DNA of 62,080 nucleotides, filler included, from Pirum gemmata (GCA_002812295.1; 19 parts of 19 records of this genome joined end to end with filler, not necessarily neighbours in it), one strand, 5' to 3'; positions 13,011 to 26,412 are shown, counted from the whole stretch's first letter. Notes: generated by a model from the sequence alone, not told the origin. Numbers and translations: made by a program.

Positions 13011-14803
13011 TACTATTAACATGTTATTATTATTATTATTATTATTATTANNNNNNNNNNNNNNNNNNNNNNNNNNNNNNNNNNNNNNNNNNNNTTAATT
13101 AATTAANNNNNNNNNNNNNNNNNNNNNNNNNNNNNNNNNNNNNNNNNNNNCGATGTAGCTCTTAGAGCTAGATAGCTTTTTTTCCAGATTTATTTTACTA
13201 TTTGAGCATACCGAGGGTTAAAAAAAGGTTGGGTTAGCTCGACGCCCATTCCATAGAATCAGTATAGACTAGAATCAGTTATAGAATACTTATAGAATCC
13301 ATACGTGACTTTTTTTAAAAATTTAATTCTTGGTGGTTTTTTGTATTGATTGTGCTTTCCATTTATTTTGTCACCCCGAATATTTATTTGGTTGTTTATA
13401 ATATTTAAATTGATACCTTTAAATAAATAAATATATAATAAAATATACCAAATTAAATGAAATGGATTTATATTGTATTAATTCGGTACTATTTATTGTA
13501 TATTTTATCGTTATAGCTATAATAGTAGCTAGCCTGTGAGCACTGAGCAATAGGCTCACTTTGTGGAAAAGAGGTACAAAATATGAACTGAGAATATGGA
13601 TGTCGTCATTACTGTTTTGTTATAGACTAGGTAGGTAGGTAGGTAGGGTTAGGGTTAGGGTCGAGGGGTAGGTAGGTAGGGGTATTTGAAGCTATATTTG
13701 ACTGGAAGTTGGCGTTACGTAGTAACGGTACCGTATACATAATTTATTAATTTTTTTTTCTAAAAAAAAAAATGATGTCATAACTATATACGACCGTTCC
13801 CACTGTACAGTTAGTTATCTACGCTACGTAGACGGCTGCTAGACCTACTAGATGGTAGAACTTAGTCCGGTAGATGTGGGGGTAAACATTTTTTTAAAAA
13901 CTGTAGGGGGTAAAGTACTAAAGTTCCCCAGTAAACTCACTGGAGGGTAAACTCGTCTTGTAACTGGTTGAATATCACAGTTGAATTAGCAAAATCAGCT
14001 TCTATTGAATCACCAAGTTACCTTTTTAGTTGTTAAAAACGTTATAGACCAACCGTTAAGTGTTAAATTTTAAAAAGATAAGTCATTGGCCATTTTATAG
14101 ATGATTGTGATTTTTTTTATTTTTTATATATAAAAAAGCAAGATCGTTATTAGCGTATTCGTACTGTATCCGTTTTATTCGCAGTCTAATAAAAGATAGT
14201 ATCAGTGAGTGTCTGCAGTGAGTGTTTGAAACACAGTCTTCAGCTACGAAACCACTCCGACTTCCTAGCTAGCTAGACAAGCTCTTTCAGTCCGAAGTTG
14301 AACTCCGAACCAACCATTGCTGATTCCTTGTATTTTCGAAAAACCAAAACCGGCAAAATATTTGCTAAAAATAGTTATTGTTATTGTTATTGTTAATTGT
14401 TATAATATCATTTTTTTTAATTATTTTAGTGTTATTGTCATTATAAATATATAGTTAAATATATGTTATTGGATTTTTACAAAATATGTTACTAGAAATA
14501 TGTTATTGTTATTATTAAATTATTATTATTATTATTATTATTGTTATTAGTATTACTATTATTATTATTATCATTATTATTATTATTATTATTATTACTG
14601 TTTTAACCTTATTGTTATTATTGTTCTTGTTCTTGTTCTTAATTAAGCTTGTTCTTGTTCTTGTTATTGTTATTATTATATAATAATATAATAATATTAT
14701 TATTATTAATTAATATTAATTTTTATTGTTTTATTATATATATGATATATATTATTAATATTGCTATTAATATTGTTATTAATATTATTGTTATTATTAT
14801 TAA

Positions 14804-14844
<41 letters not shown>

Positions 14845-15923
14845 GTTAGTTATTGTTATTGCTATTGATATGTATATTATTATTATTATTAATATTATAT
14901 TATATAATTACGTATACAATACATGTTTTACCACTTTCTAACTAATTTATTTTAGTGGTCACCTTTTATAATAATGGTATTAATAATATAAAATCAAAAA
15001 CATACTTATCAAAAATAGAGGAAAGAAATTTTTGTAGGTACTCCATTTTTGGGTTCTTTTTATTCCTTTTTTAGTTGCAGTAACTGTTATAAATATCAAG
15101 GCAAAAACTCACAAACTTATAAGAGCTCTTATAACTTATAAGTATGTATTAATATTGTTTCAAAGAATTCAAATAGTACATTTTAATTGTATTAATTATA
15201 TCATATTGAGTAGCAGTAGGCCATGGCCCAACCTCTAGTAGGTCCAACCTACATTATAAATATCACTACATTATCAGTGATATATAATAGCTACAACGAT
15301 AACTCTACGATATCATACATTTTTGTATGATCATGAGGTCATGGTATGATAATATATTTATTTATTTATATGTTTCGTGCTTTTCAGTTGTTTTGTTATC
15401 ATAAATATACCAAATTAATACAATATAAATCCATTTCATTTAATTTGGTATATTTTATTATCCAATTATTCATTTAACAATGCCAATTAAAAAATTATAA
15501 CCAACCAAATAAATATTCGGAGTGACAAAATAAATGAAAAGCGCTAGTCCTAGCTCTAGCTCTAGAGTAGACCGTGCGTGGATCTATTAGTCTATAACCG
15601 TCTATATGATATTATGATATTACTATAATGTAGGTTGGGCCATTTGGGACTTTGGGCCTACAACTTTTTTTAATATTGGAGCCAGGTTACGGTATCTGCT
15701 AGCTAGCTAGTAGACTTTATTTATAACTATTATTGATATTTATAACTATCATTTCAGAATCCAGATGTTTCAGTTATAAGCTTTCACTCTACTGGTAACT
15801 AGAGTTTTCACTTTTCACTTTATAAATGACTATACATAGACTATTATGGTCCTATAGACTAGCTATGATATTTATATAGTATATTTATCTATATATCAAT
15901 AATGATAATATGACTTTCTTGTG

Positions 15924-16100
15924 TAATTAATTATCCACAAAACTCGTTGGTATCTGTTTTTCCATATCTTGGACATCTTTATTTGTTCTAAACAGTGTCT
16001 GATATTCAGTAAATTAATTATCCACAAAAATCATTGGTAACTGTTTTTCCACTTCTTGGACATCTTTGTTTGTTTTAAACATTGACTGATATTTAGTAAA
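15924..16100. repeat. Two-copy ~89-bp tandem duplication
   Basis: AATTAATTATCCACAAAA...TCTTGGACATCTTT...CTGATATT repeated twice. Confidence 0.8.
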
Positions 16101-16219
16101 ATACAAATAATAATAATAATAGTATCATATCGATATATAGTTATATATGATATCATTTTTTTTATCTATTTAAAACAACAACAACAACAATAGCAGTAAC
16201 AATAACATTTAAGTGATTT

Positions 16220-16294
16220 ATGGCTTCTCCCATCAAGCCCATCGCATTTGCGATCGCAGGGGTTGGAATATGTATTCTGCTGGCAGTCATAGCG
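16220..16294 (+). CDS. Possible first exon of a small membrane protein (weakly Vps55/LEPROT-like N-terminus)
   Basis: ATG-initiated GC-richer island MASPIKPIAFAIAGVGICILLAVIA followed by a GTAAC donor; remainder cut by scaffold end. Confidence 0.35.
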
Positions 16295-16448
16295 GTAACA
16301 AACTATTATTATTATCATTATTGATATATAGATAAATATACTATATAANNNNNNNNNNNNNNNNNNNNNNNNNNNNNNNNNNNNNNNNNNNNTTAATTAA
16401 TTAANNNNNNNNNNNNNNNNNNNNNNNNNNNNNNNNNNNNNNNNNNNN

Positions 16449-16489
<41 letters not shown>

Positions 16490-16510
16490 ATAATAAATAA
16501 AATAAGTTAC

Positions 16511-19424
16511 CTGAGTTTGTTTATTTTCTTCTGGATAATCTTCCTCGTGAAGTTCAAATCTACCACCAGTATGATCGACAGTATCATTCAGACAATCCAA
16601 ATCGTACTCTACATCAACTCGTTTACTTTCAGGACTATAATTTTTGACTATTCCGGATTTGAATTCTGAAATTTGAGGGGTGTAATCAGAAGATAATTCC
16701 ATAACCTTGGTTAAAGTCAAGGTTAAGATTAAGATAAGGGTTAAGGTTAGGTTTAGGTTAGGGTTAGGGTTAGGGTTAGGGTTAGGGTAAGGTTGGATTT
16801 GGAATTGGGTTTGGGGGGTCTGGAGTTTGTGGGTTGCGGGTTGCGGGTATTGGCAAAAATAACCACAAAACAATAAAATCATTAACTAGCGATTGGCCAT
16901 AAACCATGATCAGGGAAGTACTAAACCTAACTAACTAACTAACAAAAACAACAACTTAACTTATCTACTAAAACAATAATTCAATAGATTTTTACTTACT
17001 TTAAAAGCAATGTGGTCTCCCTCTCTTGGTAGCCCCATGAAAGTATTATAACTATCCAAACTGGAGGGCTCACAGGTGCGAACGAAGCTTACGTTAGTTT
17101 GTTCATCATTTTCAGCCATAGCTTGGGGTGTTTGTTTTCCTTTTCTATTATTGTTACTATTTTTCTTTTTACCATTACCATTACCATTACCACCACTACT
17201 ATTACTATTACTATTACTATTATTATTATTATTATTATTACTGCTATTATTACTATTAGCATTGGAAGTTTGTTTTTGGGTTTGTTTTTGGGTTTGTTTT
17301 TGGGTTTGTTTTTGGGTTTGTTTTTGTTGTTGCTGTTGTTGTTGTTGCTGTTGTTGTTGTTGTTGATTTTGTTGTTGTAACTGCTGCTGCTGGTTTTCTG
17401 AGATTTCGGTTTCTTTGATAATCACCGGTTGACTTTGTGTCGTTTCTATCTGTGTTGTTTGTGCTATTTTTTCGGCCAGTTTATTCGGTTGCTTTGCTTT
17501 TTTTGTATTTTCTTCTCTTAGCTTCTGTAGTTTTAATTGCTTAGTGATTGCTTTTTCCTGTTCCTCTTGTTGCTTAAGTTTCTGTCTCAGTTTTTTTTTT
17601 GCATTTTTACTTAAACCAACTAAACTAGGTATAGTAGACTTTGGTTGTGCTTGTGTATGTGTCTGTGTCTGTGTCTGTGTTGGTATCGGTGTTTCTGCTT
17701 GTGGTTGGGGTTGGGGTTGGGGTTGGGGTTGGGGTTGCTGCTTTTGTTGGGGTACTTTTTCTTTTTTTTGTTGCTGTTGTGACCGTTGTTTATTCACCAA
17801 AACATTATTGTCATTTACATTTTGACCTTTTTTCAATGCATTAACATTTTCCGAAGCAAGGTTACGAATATTATTTGCTGCATTTTTCGTTTTTTTAGCT
17901 TCTTCCTTTTTGCTCGATTTTTCTTCTTCGCCGATTTTTTGTCGCTTTGTTTGTTTCTTAGGTTGAAGTGGCGAACTACTTTCATTTTTCTTTCGTTTTT
18001 TACCCTTCTCTTCTTCCCTTTCTATATTTTTTTCTTCTTCATGTTTATTACTTTCTTTGCTTTTCTTACTTTTCTTACTTTTCTTAATTTTCTTGCTTTT
18101 CTTGCTTTTCTTTATAGGCGTTGATGAGTGTTTAATCTTTTTAGGAATGAATTCAAGGCTGTCAAACGTGTTATCGACTTGTTTATCTTCCCTGTTACTA
18201 ATATCTAAATCCATCCCGATCCCAATTTTATGGTTTATCTCGCTGTCATTGAGAAAACTTCCATTAGCGTCATCACCTAAATAAACACAAAAGCAAAATA
18301 GTACATAACAAAAAATAATTGAACAATTTTAAAATAGATAAAAAATGTATGTAAAAGCAAAACTAACTCATATCTTACACAAAAAAATTGAAGTCGCGAG
18401 TAAGATTAAGAAAAAAAAATTAAGACAATAAAATGAAGTTATAATAATACTAATGCCGTTATTGATGCCAGCAAAATTTCAATACTGTTCAAGACATCAG
18501 TATATACGTTAATAATAATACTTTAATACTGGTATTGGTATTATTATTCTGGTTGGTATAGGCATTGGTAGTGGCGTAGGTGTTGGGGTTGGGGTTGGGG
18601 TTGGGGTTGGTGGCGGTGGCGGTGGCGGTGTTGGTGTTGGTGTTGGTGTTGGTGTTGGTGTTGGTGTTGGTGTTGGTGTTGGTGTTGGTGTTGGTGTTGG
18701 TGTTGGTGTTGGTGTTGGTGTTGGTGTTGNNNNNNNNNNNNNNNNNNNNNNNNNNNNNNNNNNNNNNNNNNNNNNNNNNNNNNNNNNNNNNNNNNNNNNN
18801 NNNNNNNNNNNNNNNNNNNNNNNNNNNNNNNNNNNNNNNNNNNNNNNNNNNNNNTTGGTGTTGGTGTTGGTGTTGGTGTTGGTGTTGGTGTTGGTGTTGG
18901 TGTTGGTGTTGGTGTTGGTGTTGGTGTTGGTGTTGGTGTTGGTGTTGGTGTTGGTGTTGGTGTAATAATAAAAATAATCATGTAAAGATGGCGACATTGA
19001 AAGATAAGACCAACGAGCAAAGGACGAAGAATAATATTCTAAAAAGATTTAGTAAATTGAATATGGATCTATTACTAAATAATAATATATAATAAATAAT
19101 AAATAATAAAACGTAAATAACAAATGAGGATAACGATAAAATACCTAACGTATCTATGTATTTTCGCTTGAAGGACACCACTTCTTCTTCTACTTCCGCG
19201 ACGCTCACTACTATTGTATCATTTTCTCTCAATACTTTTTCAATGAGCTGAAAATCAGGCAACAAGTAATCATCCATTGATAAAGCTAAACAATTTAATG
19301 GAACACCAAAAGTGGTAGCAATATCTTGGGCCAAGTCACCAATGGTAATGAATTTTTTTGCATCAATTGCATGCCAACATTGTAAATTCTTGTTATCTTT
19401 GTGTACTTGTAGTTTTAACCTCAT
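16511..19424 (-). CDS. COIL: Coilin, 3' partial; exons 19424-19145, 18276-17000, 16705-16511
   Basis: N-terminal domain MRLKLQ...WHAID...TIGDL..DI...F....LALSMDDYLLP...LRENDTIVV; C-terminal Tudor-like PREGDHIAFK/VMELSSDYTPQISEFKSGIVKNYSPE..VDVE...GRFEL; K-rich middle; intron phases consistent. Confidence 0.85.
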
Positions 19425-19842
19425 GTTTGTTGTTGTTGCTGTTGTTGTTGTTATTACTTGACAGTTTTCAAAGTAGTAAATGGTCAAGGTTATTTTCGTA
19501 GTAACAATTATTATAATTGGTTCTGCGCTTATTTCTGAGTTACTTGTGAAAACTATTTTACAATTGCCAGTTATTATTATTATTATTATTATTANNNNNN
19601 NNNNNNNNNNNNNNNNNNNNNNNNNNNNNNNNNNNNNNTTAATTAATTAANNNNNNNNNNNNNNNNNNNNNNNNNNNNNNNNNNNNNNNNNNNNATAATA
19701 ATAATAATAATAATAATAATACTAATGGCAGGATATTACTATTTATGGCTATTGCAATATCACCACTACCATCACCACCACCATTAACATCACTACGATC
19801 ACTTTTATTAGAAAATATTAACAACAACAAAAAAAATATTAC

Positions 19843-21788
19843 CATGGTAGAGAAGGTTTGCTAATTGGTATTTAGCATTTTTATCACCATAATCCGAGGC
19901 GACCTATATGTTAATAACAAAAAAAGAACAAAAAACGAAAACGAAATATGAATAAAATAATGTCAACAGCAACAACAGTAACAACAGAACAATAAAATAA
20001 TGCCAGTACTGATTACATGTCTTTGAGGCAATGGATAATAAAATAATAATTCAGGTGTAAGTTTGACAATATGATAATAACAACAAGTACAGTAAACAAA
20101 CAAACATTCAAACAGCGAACAGCAACAGCAGCAAACAGCAAACAGCAAACAGCAAACAGCAAACAGCAAACAGCAAACAGCAAACAGCAAACAGCAAACA
20201 ACAAACAGCAAACAACAAGAACAAGAAGAAGAACAAGAACAAGAATAAAAAGACAAGAAGAAGAAGAAGAACAAAAAAAAGAAAAGGAACTTAAAATAAG
20301 AACAACACCAGAACCAGAACCAGAACAGCCAGGATAACAAGAACAAGTACAAGAACATGGGCATGAGCATGAACAAGAACAAGAACAAGAACACCGGCAA
20401 CACCACCACCAACAACAGTATAACAACAATAAATGATTACACGCGTGGCCACAACAATTGACTTGACATGAAAGTTTTTCAGATTATCGTCAAATTCCGG
20501 ATTTTCATCGTGCAATTTAAACAAAGAGAAGCCTGCCTGCTGTAGTTCTAAGGGCGAGCAGTATCTTTTACGAAGCCTTCCAGGATTTTTAAATTGCCCA
20601 AAAAAATGGTTAGTGTTTTCCAATGTGAACCCCATATCATACTCTAAATGCTTTGAATTTTTATCATTACCTTTAGAATCATCATCATCAACATTGTTAC
20701 TCCTATTGTCATTATAAACATTGTTTTTAGCGTTATTATTATTTTTTTTGCTAACATTGGTTTTAGCTTTTTCATTAATATTTTTCGTTCTTTTATTGTT
20801 TTTATTACTAATATCGCCCTTGTCAACATCAAATTTGTTGTTGCTGCTACTACCATTGTTGTTGCTACTGTTGTTATAATTAGTTTTTATTGAACCGTGT
20901 TCATTACATTCTAATGCTTTGACATTATCCTCTTCTACCGAGTCAAAAATTTCGTGTAAGGTATACATTACGTTAGGCATTAACCTGAAGTCAACAGCTT
21001 TGGAATAAAATTCTGGGCTGAGTAATGATTTGGTGACGTACGCACAAATCTATTTAATTAATCAAAGCAAAAACAAACAAAGTAAATATGTCATTATGTG
21101 ATAATATATATATATATACATGTATATGTTATGTACAACTTTCAAATTCAATAGTTTTTCAACTTAAAAAAAGGTCAGTATTAGTAAAAATTATAGGGTT
21201 GGTTAAGGTACAAGGTTATATATAAATAAATAAGCAATTTTTTAGAGGTACAAGCATCAAAGAACCTGATTTCTAATTTGTTGCTGTGCACTTATTTTAC
21301 TGGGATTACCACCCTCCTTTGTGTTTAACGCATCGTTTTTAGTATTATCTGTAATTTCAGTCGAAACTTTAGTCGCAGAATTTCTATACTGAGTAAATCG
21401 AGATAGACATATTTTTGAGGAACCTGGACCGAAACGCAAAAATAAAATAAAATAAAAAACACACACACAGACAAACAGGGGAAAACCAAGGTTAGTACAC
21501 TGAAAATAGTTATTGTTATTGTTAATGCAATTCTGATTCTAATTGTAATTTTAATTGTTCTTGTTACTCTTAATGGTTTTGTTTTTATCACTATGTTTGT
21601 CATCCATTTTGTCATTGTTGTTACAAATGCTATTTTCATAGTTATTGTCGTTGTTCTTGTTCTTGTTCTTGTTCTTGTTCTTGTTCTTGTCATTGTCATT
21701 GATATTATTATTATTATAGTTGTTGTTGTTATAGTAGATGTTAATTTTATTGTTATTGTTATTGTTATTACAATTATTATTGTTAATG

Positions 21789-21832
<44 letters not shown>

Positions 21833-22763
21833 GTCATTACTCATTCGTTTTATAGAAGGCTTACGTTCGATTTTTTTAACTACTCGAAAACTATCTTTTC
21901 TACCTTTACGTAAGTTACCAGTACTTGATCTGGAACGGTTCAAAGCTGATTCAACATTATGATGATTATGTGCATTAATAAGCTCATCACATTCAATTTT
22001 CTTTTCTTTTCCAATAAATCGCTCTATTTTCATTAAATTCAAATTGTAAGTTTCCTTTTCCATTTTGAATTTAAAATCTTGATGTTCATTTTTATTATGA
22101 TCATTACCTTTACCTAATGTAAACATAGAAGAGGAATGTAGTGATGAAGTATTGGAATAATGAGTGTTTGTTATGTAGTTCTGCATTACAATTACTCCAC
22201 CTAATTTTTTACTTAATTCTACAGATGGTTCTTCGACCCCTTCGTATTTCAAAAAGGCTGTAATTAAGTTTCCAATTTGGTGGCCGCTTATTTTGTTTTT
22301 GTTATTTTGTTGTTCAGTATCACTATTATCACTATTATTGTTATCATTGTTGTATTGTTGGTGTTGTTGTTGTTGGTGTTGTTGTTGTTGTTGTGGTTGT
22401 GGTTGTTGTTGTTGTGGTGGTGTAGATAAATCAAAATCATAACTATCTTTCTTAGGTAAAATACTACTTAACCTGTTGCGTAGTTTTGATTTTTCGTGAT
22501 CATCATTTTCTAACCTCGCATTACTAATACTAGGTTCACTATAACTATGATGTGCACTCCACTTTCTATTTGAACGAAAACTACCACCTCTAAATAATTC
22601 GTTGGGTTTTACTTTATTACTGTTTACAAACCGTAAATTAGTTTCTAAATACACAAAAGCAACTAATCTTTTTAAAAATTTAGAAACCCAAAACACATCA
22701 CTTTCATCAACGAGTCCAATAGGTAATAATTTAGCTAACCCTTTTCTTTCTGTACTATTATTA

Positions 22764-22810
<47 letters not shown>

Positions 22811-22865
22811 GTTGTTGTTGTTGTTGTTGTTGTTGTTTTGATTATTGTTATTGTTATTGTTATTG
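19843..22865 (-). CDS. Unknown multi-exon low-complexity protein with a Sel1-like repeat, partial at both ends
   Basis: ORFs 21551-22696, 21257-21466 and 20291-20980 link through GT-AG introns; exon 19903-19843 encodes VASDYGDKNAKYQLANLLYHG, fitting the Sel1 A..G...A.Y.L...Y..G pattern. Confidence 0.55.
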
Positions 22866-23950
22866 NNNNNNNNNNNNNNNNNNNNNNNNNNNNNNNNNNN
22901 NNNNNNNNNTTAATTAATTAANNNNNNNNNNNNNNNNNNNNNNNNNNNNNNNNNNNNNNNNNNNNTTTTTTTTTTTGGTTTTTGGTTTTTGTTTTTTCTA
23001 TAGACCGGTCTAGTCTAAAGACGTACTATAGACGTCTACATTAATTTTATAAAATATCACAAACACTTCAAACTTTACACACACACATTTTCTTTTGATA
23101 TTCTCAGTATATTCTCTTAGTTTTCTCTTCATATGATATTTCCTCGCGGTGTCATGTCATACTCCATGCTCAATCAAGCTCCTTAGTAAAATTTAATAAA
23201 CAATAGGTATCTAATAGACAATACTATGTCACAATAGGTTCTTATAAGTTCTAATTTGTGGTATATAAAAACACTATAAAAACCCTATTACTTTTGATGA
23301 AGTTTTGAAGTTTTGAACGATCGAGCTCATTTTTCTTGCGCTCCCTCAGTCCCCCACAGTGCCTCCCTAGCTAGCTAGCTATGATACTAGAGAGTATATT
23401 ATCCCCAATAGCTACTAGTAGTTAGAAGACCCTCACAGGCCCTAAGTTTGGACAGCGTCGCTATGTAAAAAATGGCCAAAAATGGTATTACGTGAAGCCT
23501 ATGATTATATATATGATAATAGACTGTATAATTATATCATATAATCATAGCTAGGTTTTTTTAAAAAAATTAGTATAATAATATTAATTTTTATATCGAT
23601 ATAGAACTCATTAAAATTATGATAACGAAAATCCGCATCCTTCTTTTTTTTAAAAAAATAATAACAATTTAATATATGATAGTTAATAATAAAGGTAAAA
23701 AACAGTACCCAACATTTCGTGTTTCGTTTATAGCTTGTTTCGTAGGGAGAAAAAAAAAACATATATTAATAATAGCTTTTATTAATAAAAAAATAAAAAA
23801 TAAATAGAAAAACAGAAAAAAAATAAAAAATAAATTATAAAACAGTTTTTATATTTATTTATTTATTAATTATTATTATTATTTTGTAAAAAAAGGTATC
23901 GCCTCTACTATTATAATTGATTATATTTAATAAACACACACGCACACAAA

Positions 23951-25945
23951 ATGATTTATAATACATTAGCTGAAGCACAACGGTTACAACAACCAAATTT
24001 GTATTTTGTAAAAGAGGATTATAATTTAAAAAATGAAGATCTTAATATTAACATTAACCTTGAACGTGAACGACGAGGTTGGCTTGGCGACATAGGAAAA
24101 GCATTGAAAGACGTTGGAGAAGCAGTTGAAGAACATATTACTGACCCTATCAAGGAAACGGTTTTTCATGGTGCACAGGCAGTGGGTCATTTAGCTGGGA
24201 AAGTTGCAGAAGTGACTGAAGATGCTACATCTGAAGTAATTGGAGCTGTGCTTGGTGATGGCCATGATTTTGTTGAGAAAGGTTTTGATGACATGAATAA
24301 AGCTGTAGGTAATGCTGTGGAAAAAGTGGATGACTTCGTTGACTTCGACTCAGTTGGCAACATTATTGCCAACCCTATGGCGTACTTAAATCCACTGGGA
24401 ACCCTTAGTAAAATATTAACCCAAACCAATTTCCAAGGGGATGAGTTCCGAAAATGTGACTCTTTAGGAAATTTTGATCAAGCTTTGTCTGCCAACGATA
24501 AAATTCGGCGTCCTTTCTCTTACCATATTATGTCTGACCCTCAACTATATTGGGATCACGGCAAAGAAGGAGATAATCGAGATGCTGCTGAGAAATACAA
24601 TGGCAACCTTGCTTCAGCACTGAATAAATACCGGGATAGTCGCGGTCAAAAGCCCACTTCGGTAATTATCAATGGGGATTTAACAGCATTCTTTCATCCC
24701 AATCAGCTACAAAGTTTTCGTGAAATTTATCATAACAGTGATAGTACTTTACAATACAACAAAGTGTATTTAGGTTTAGGAAACCATGATATTGAAAATA
24801 ATTTGAAAAAGGGTTGCAAATGGACCACTTTATTGGACTTGCCGAATTTAGCTTTTGGTGGGGGTGACGCGAGCTGCTCCTTGGCAGCGATGGAATTTGC
24901 TGACAAAAACTTAAGATGTGAAACTGGTGGATGGAAAGCACAGGGCACCACGCTAAGAGCTTACAATAGAAAAGCACATGCTTACGCTTGGATTGATAAT
25001 GGTATTTACTTTATCCAACTCAATTGGTACATGGAAAAAGTCAGTCCTGATCCTTTAGGATTCTCTAACGCTGACAAATTGACCTTTTTGGAAAATCAGT
25101 TAAAAAAAGCTAAAACGGAGGGCATACCAGTTGTATTAAACGTTCATAGTAATCATGGAGATATTAGAGCTATTACTAAAAAGTACAATGATACGGTAGT
25201 TGCAGTGTTTTCTGGTCACTACCATGGGCGCATGGGATTTATGAAAGATGAAGCAGATAGTACGAATGGCATTCCATCTTTTCGTTCTAGTTCTGCTGAC
25301 TTTGAAGGTTTCTTAGTTTTAGAATTTGATAGTAACAACAAAGGGGAAGTGAAATTGTATAATACTACTACTGCAACGCCTGATTTACAACAGACTACTA
25401 AATTAAGTACTGGTTCAACCCCTCTTCCGAATCATTCTTGTGAGAAAATCAAACAACAAGATATCACATGTCCTCAGGGCGATAATTTCCAATTTGAAAA
25501 TGTAGCTGGTCATAATGTGGTAGTTCCTGTACAAACTTCAAGAACAAGACGCTGGTGGAACCCTTTTAAACTACTACCACAGAAACCAATACTAGAAATT
25601 GAAAAAGCCGCAAACGCAGCTGGTAGAGCCACCAATGAAGTTGAAAAAGCGGCAAGAGCAGCTGGCAGAGTTGCCAATGCTCAACGTCAACATGTTACTT
25701 TCGCCAATGGAATTGAAAAAGCGGCAAGAGCAGCTGGTAGAGCCGCCAATGCTCAACTTCAATATGTTACTTTCGGTAATGGAGAAGTTGTAGATAAAGT
25801 AGAATATAAATGTGGCACTGATTCTCTACAAAACATGGATATAGATAATAACGGTGCGGATACCAGGCATAATTATGGCTTTTATCGATTGGGTGTAACC
25901 AGAATTGGCGATACTATATCCTCCATCTTAGAAAAATGCTTATAA
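23951..25945 (+). CDS. Calcineurin-like metallophosphoesterase, 664 aa, single exon, with N- and C-terminal extensions
   Basis: All five MPP motifs in order: MSDPQ, INGDLT, LGNHD, VLNVH, FSGHYH. Confidence 0.88.
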   Translation: MIYNTLAEAQRLQQPNLYFVKEDYNLKNEDLNININLERERRGWLGDIGKALKDVGEAVEEHITDPIKETVFHGAQAVGHLAGKVAEVTEDATSEVIGAVLGDGHDFVEKGFDDMNKAVGNAVEKVDDFVDFDSVGNIIANPMAYLNPLGTLSKILTQTNFQGDEFRKCDSLGNFDQALSANDKIRRPFSYHIMSDPQLYWDHGKEGDNRDAAEKYNGNLASALNKYRDSRGQKPTSVIINGDLTAFFHPNQLQSFREIYHNSDSTLQYNKVYLGLGNHDIENNLKKGCKWTTLLDLPNLAFGGGDASCSLAAMEFADKNLRCETGGWKAQGTTLRAYNRKAHAYAWIDNGIYFIQLNWYMEKVSPDPLGFSNADKLTFLENQLKKAKTEGIPVVLNVHSNHGDIRAITKKYNDTVVAVFSGHYHGRMGFMKDEADSTNGIPSFRSSSADFEGFLVLEFDSNNKGEVKLYNTTTATPDLQQTTKLSTGSTPLPNHSCEKIKQQDITCPQGDNFQFENVAGHNVVVPVQTSRTRRWWNPFKLLPQKPILEIEKAANAAGRATNEVEKAARAAGRVANAQRQHVTFANGIEKAARAAGRAANAQLQYVTFGNGEVVDKVEYKCGTDSLQNMDIDNNGADTRHNYGFYRLGVTRIGDTISSILEKCL

Positions 25946-26412
25946 CTGCTTTTTTGAGTAATTCAACAGTAATTCAACTATCGAGAACCTTCCAATTTCT
26001 CCATAGACACCAGATGTAGACACCCAGCTTTTTTTAGTATAATTATTTATAATAATAATAAAGTATTAGCTTGCTATTTTAAAACTGTAACTAATTTTCT
26101 TTTCGTGATTTTTTAATAATATAATAATNNNNNNNNNNNNNNNNNNNNNNNNNNNNNNNNNNNNNNNNNNNNTTAATTAATTAANNNNNNNNNNNNNNNN
26201 NNNNNNNNNNNNNNNNNNNNNNNNNNNNTATTAGTATTAGTATTAGTATTAGTATTGTATTAGTATTAGTATTAGTATATTAGTATTAGTATTAGTATTA
26301 GTATTAGTATTAGTATTGGTATTGGTTTTGTAGTATTACTATAGCAAATTTAGCTTTTTACTGTTACTTGATGACAATTATCACATAAATAGGTAGAAAA
26401 GAAAAAAAAAAC

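Noticed and set aside
23340..23362. CACAGTG heptamer suggesting a Transib/RSS-like end
   Set aside because: Only one end seen, with no partner TIR or TSD; a 7-mer is expected by chance.
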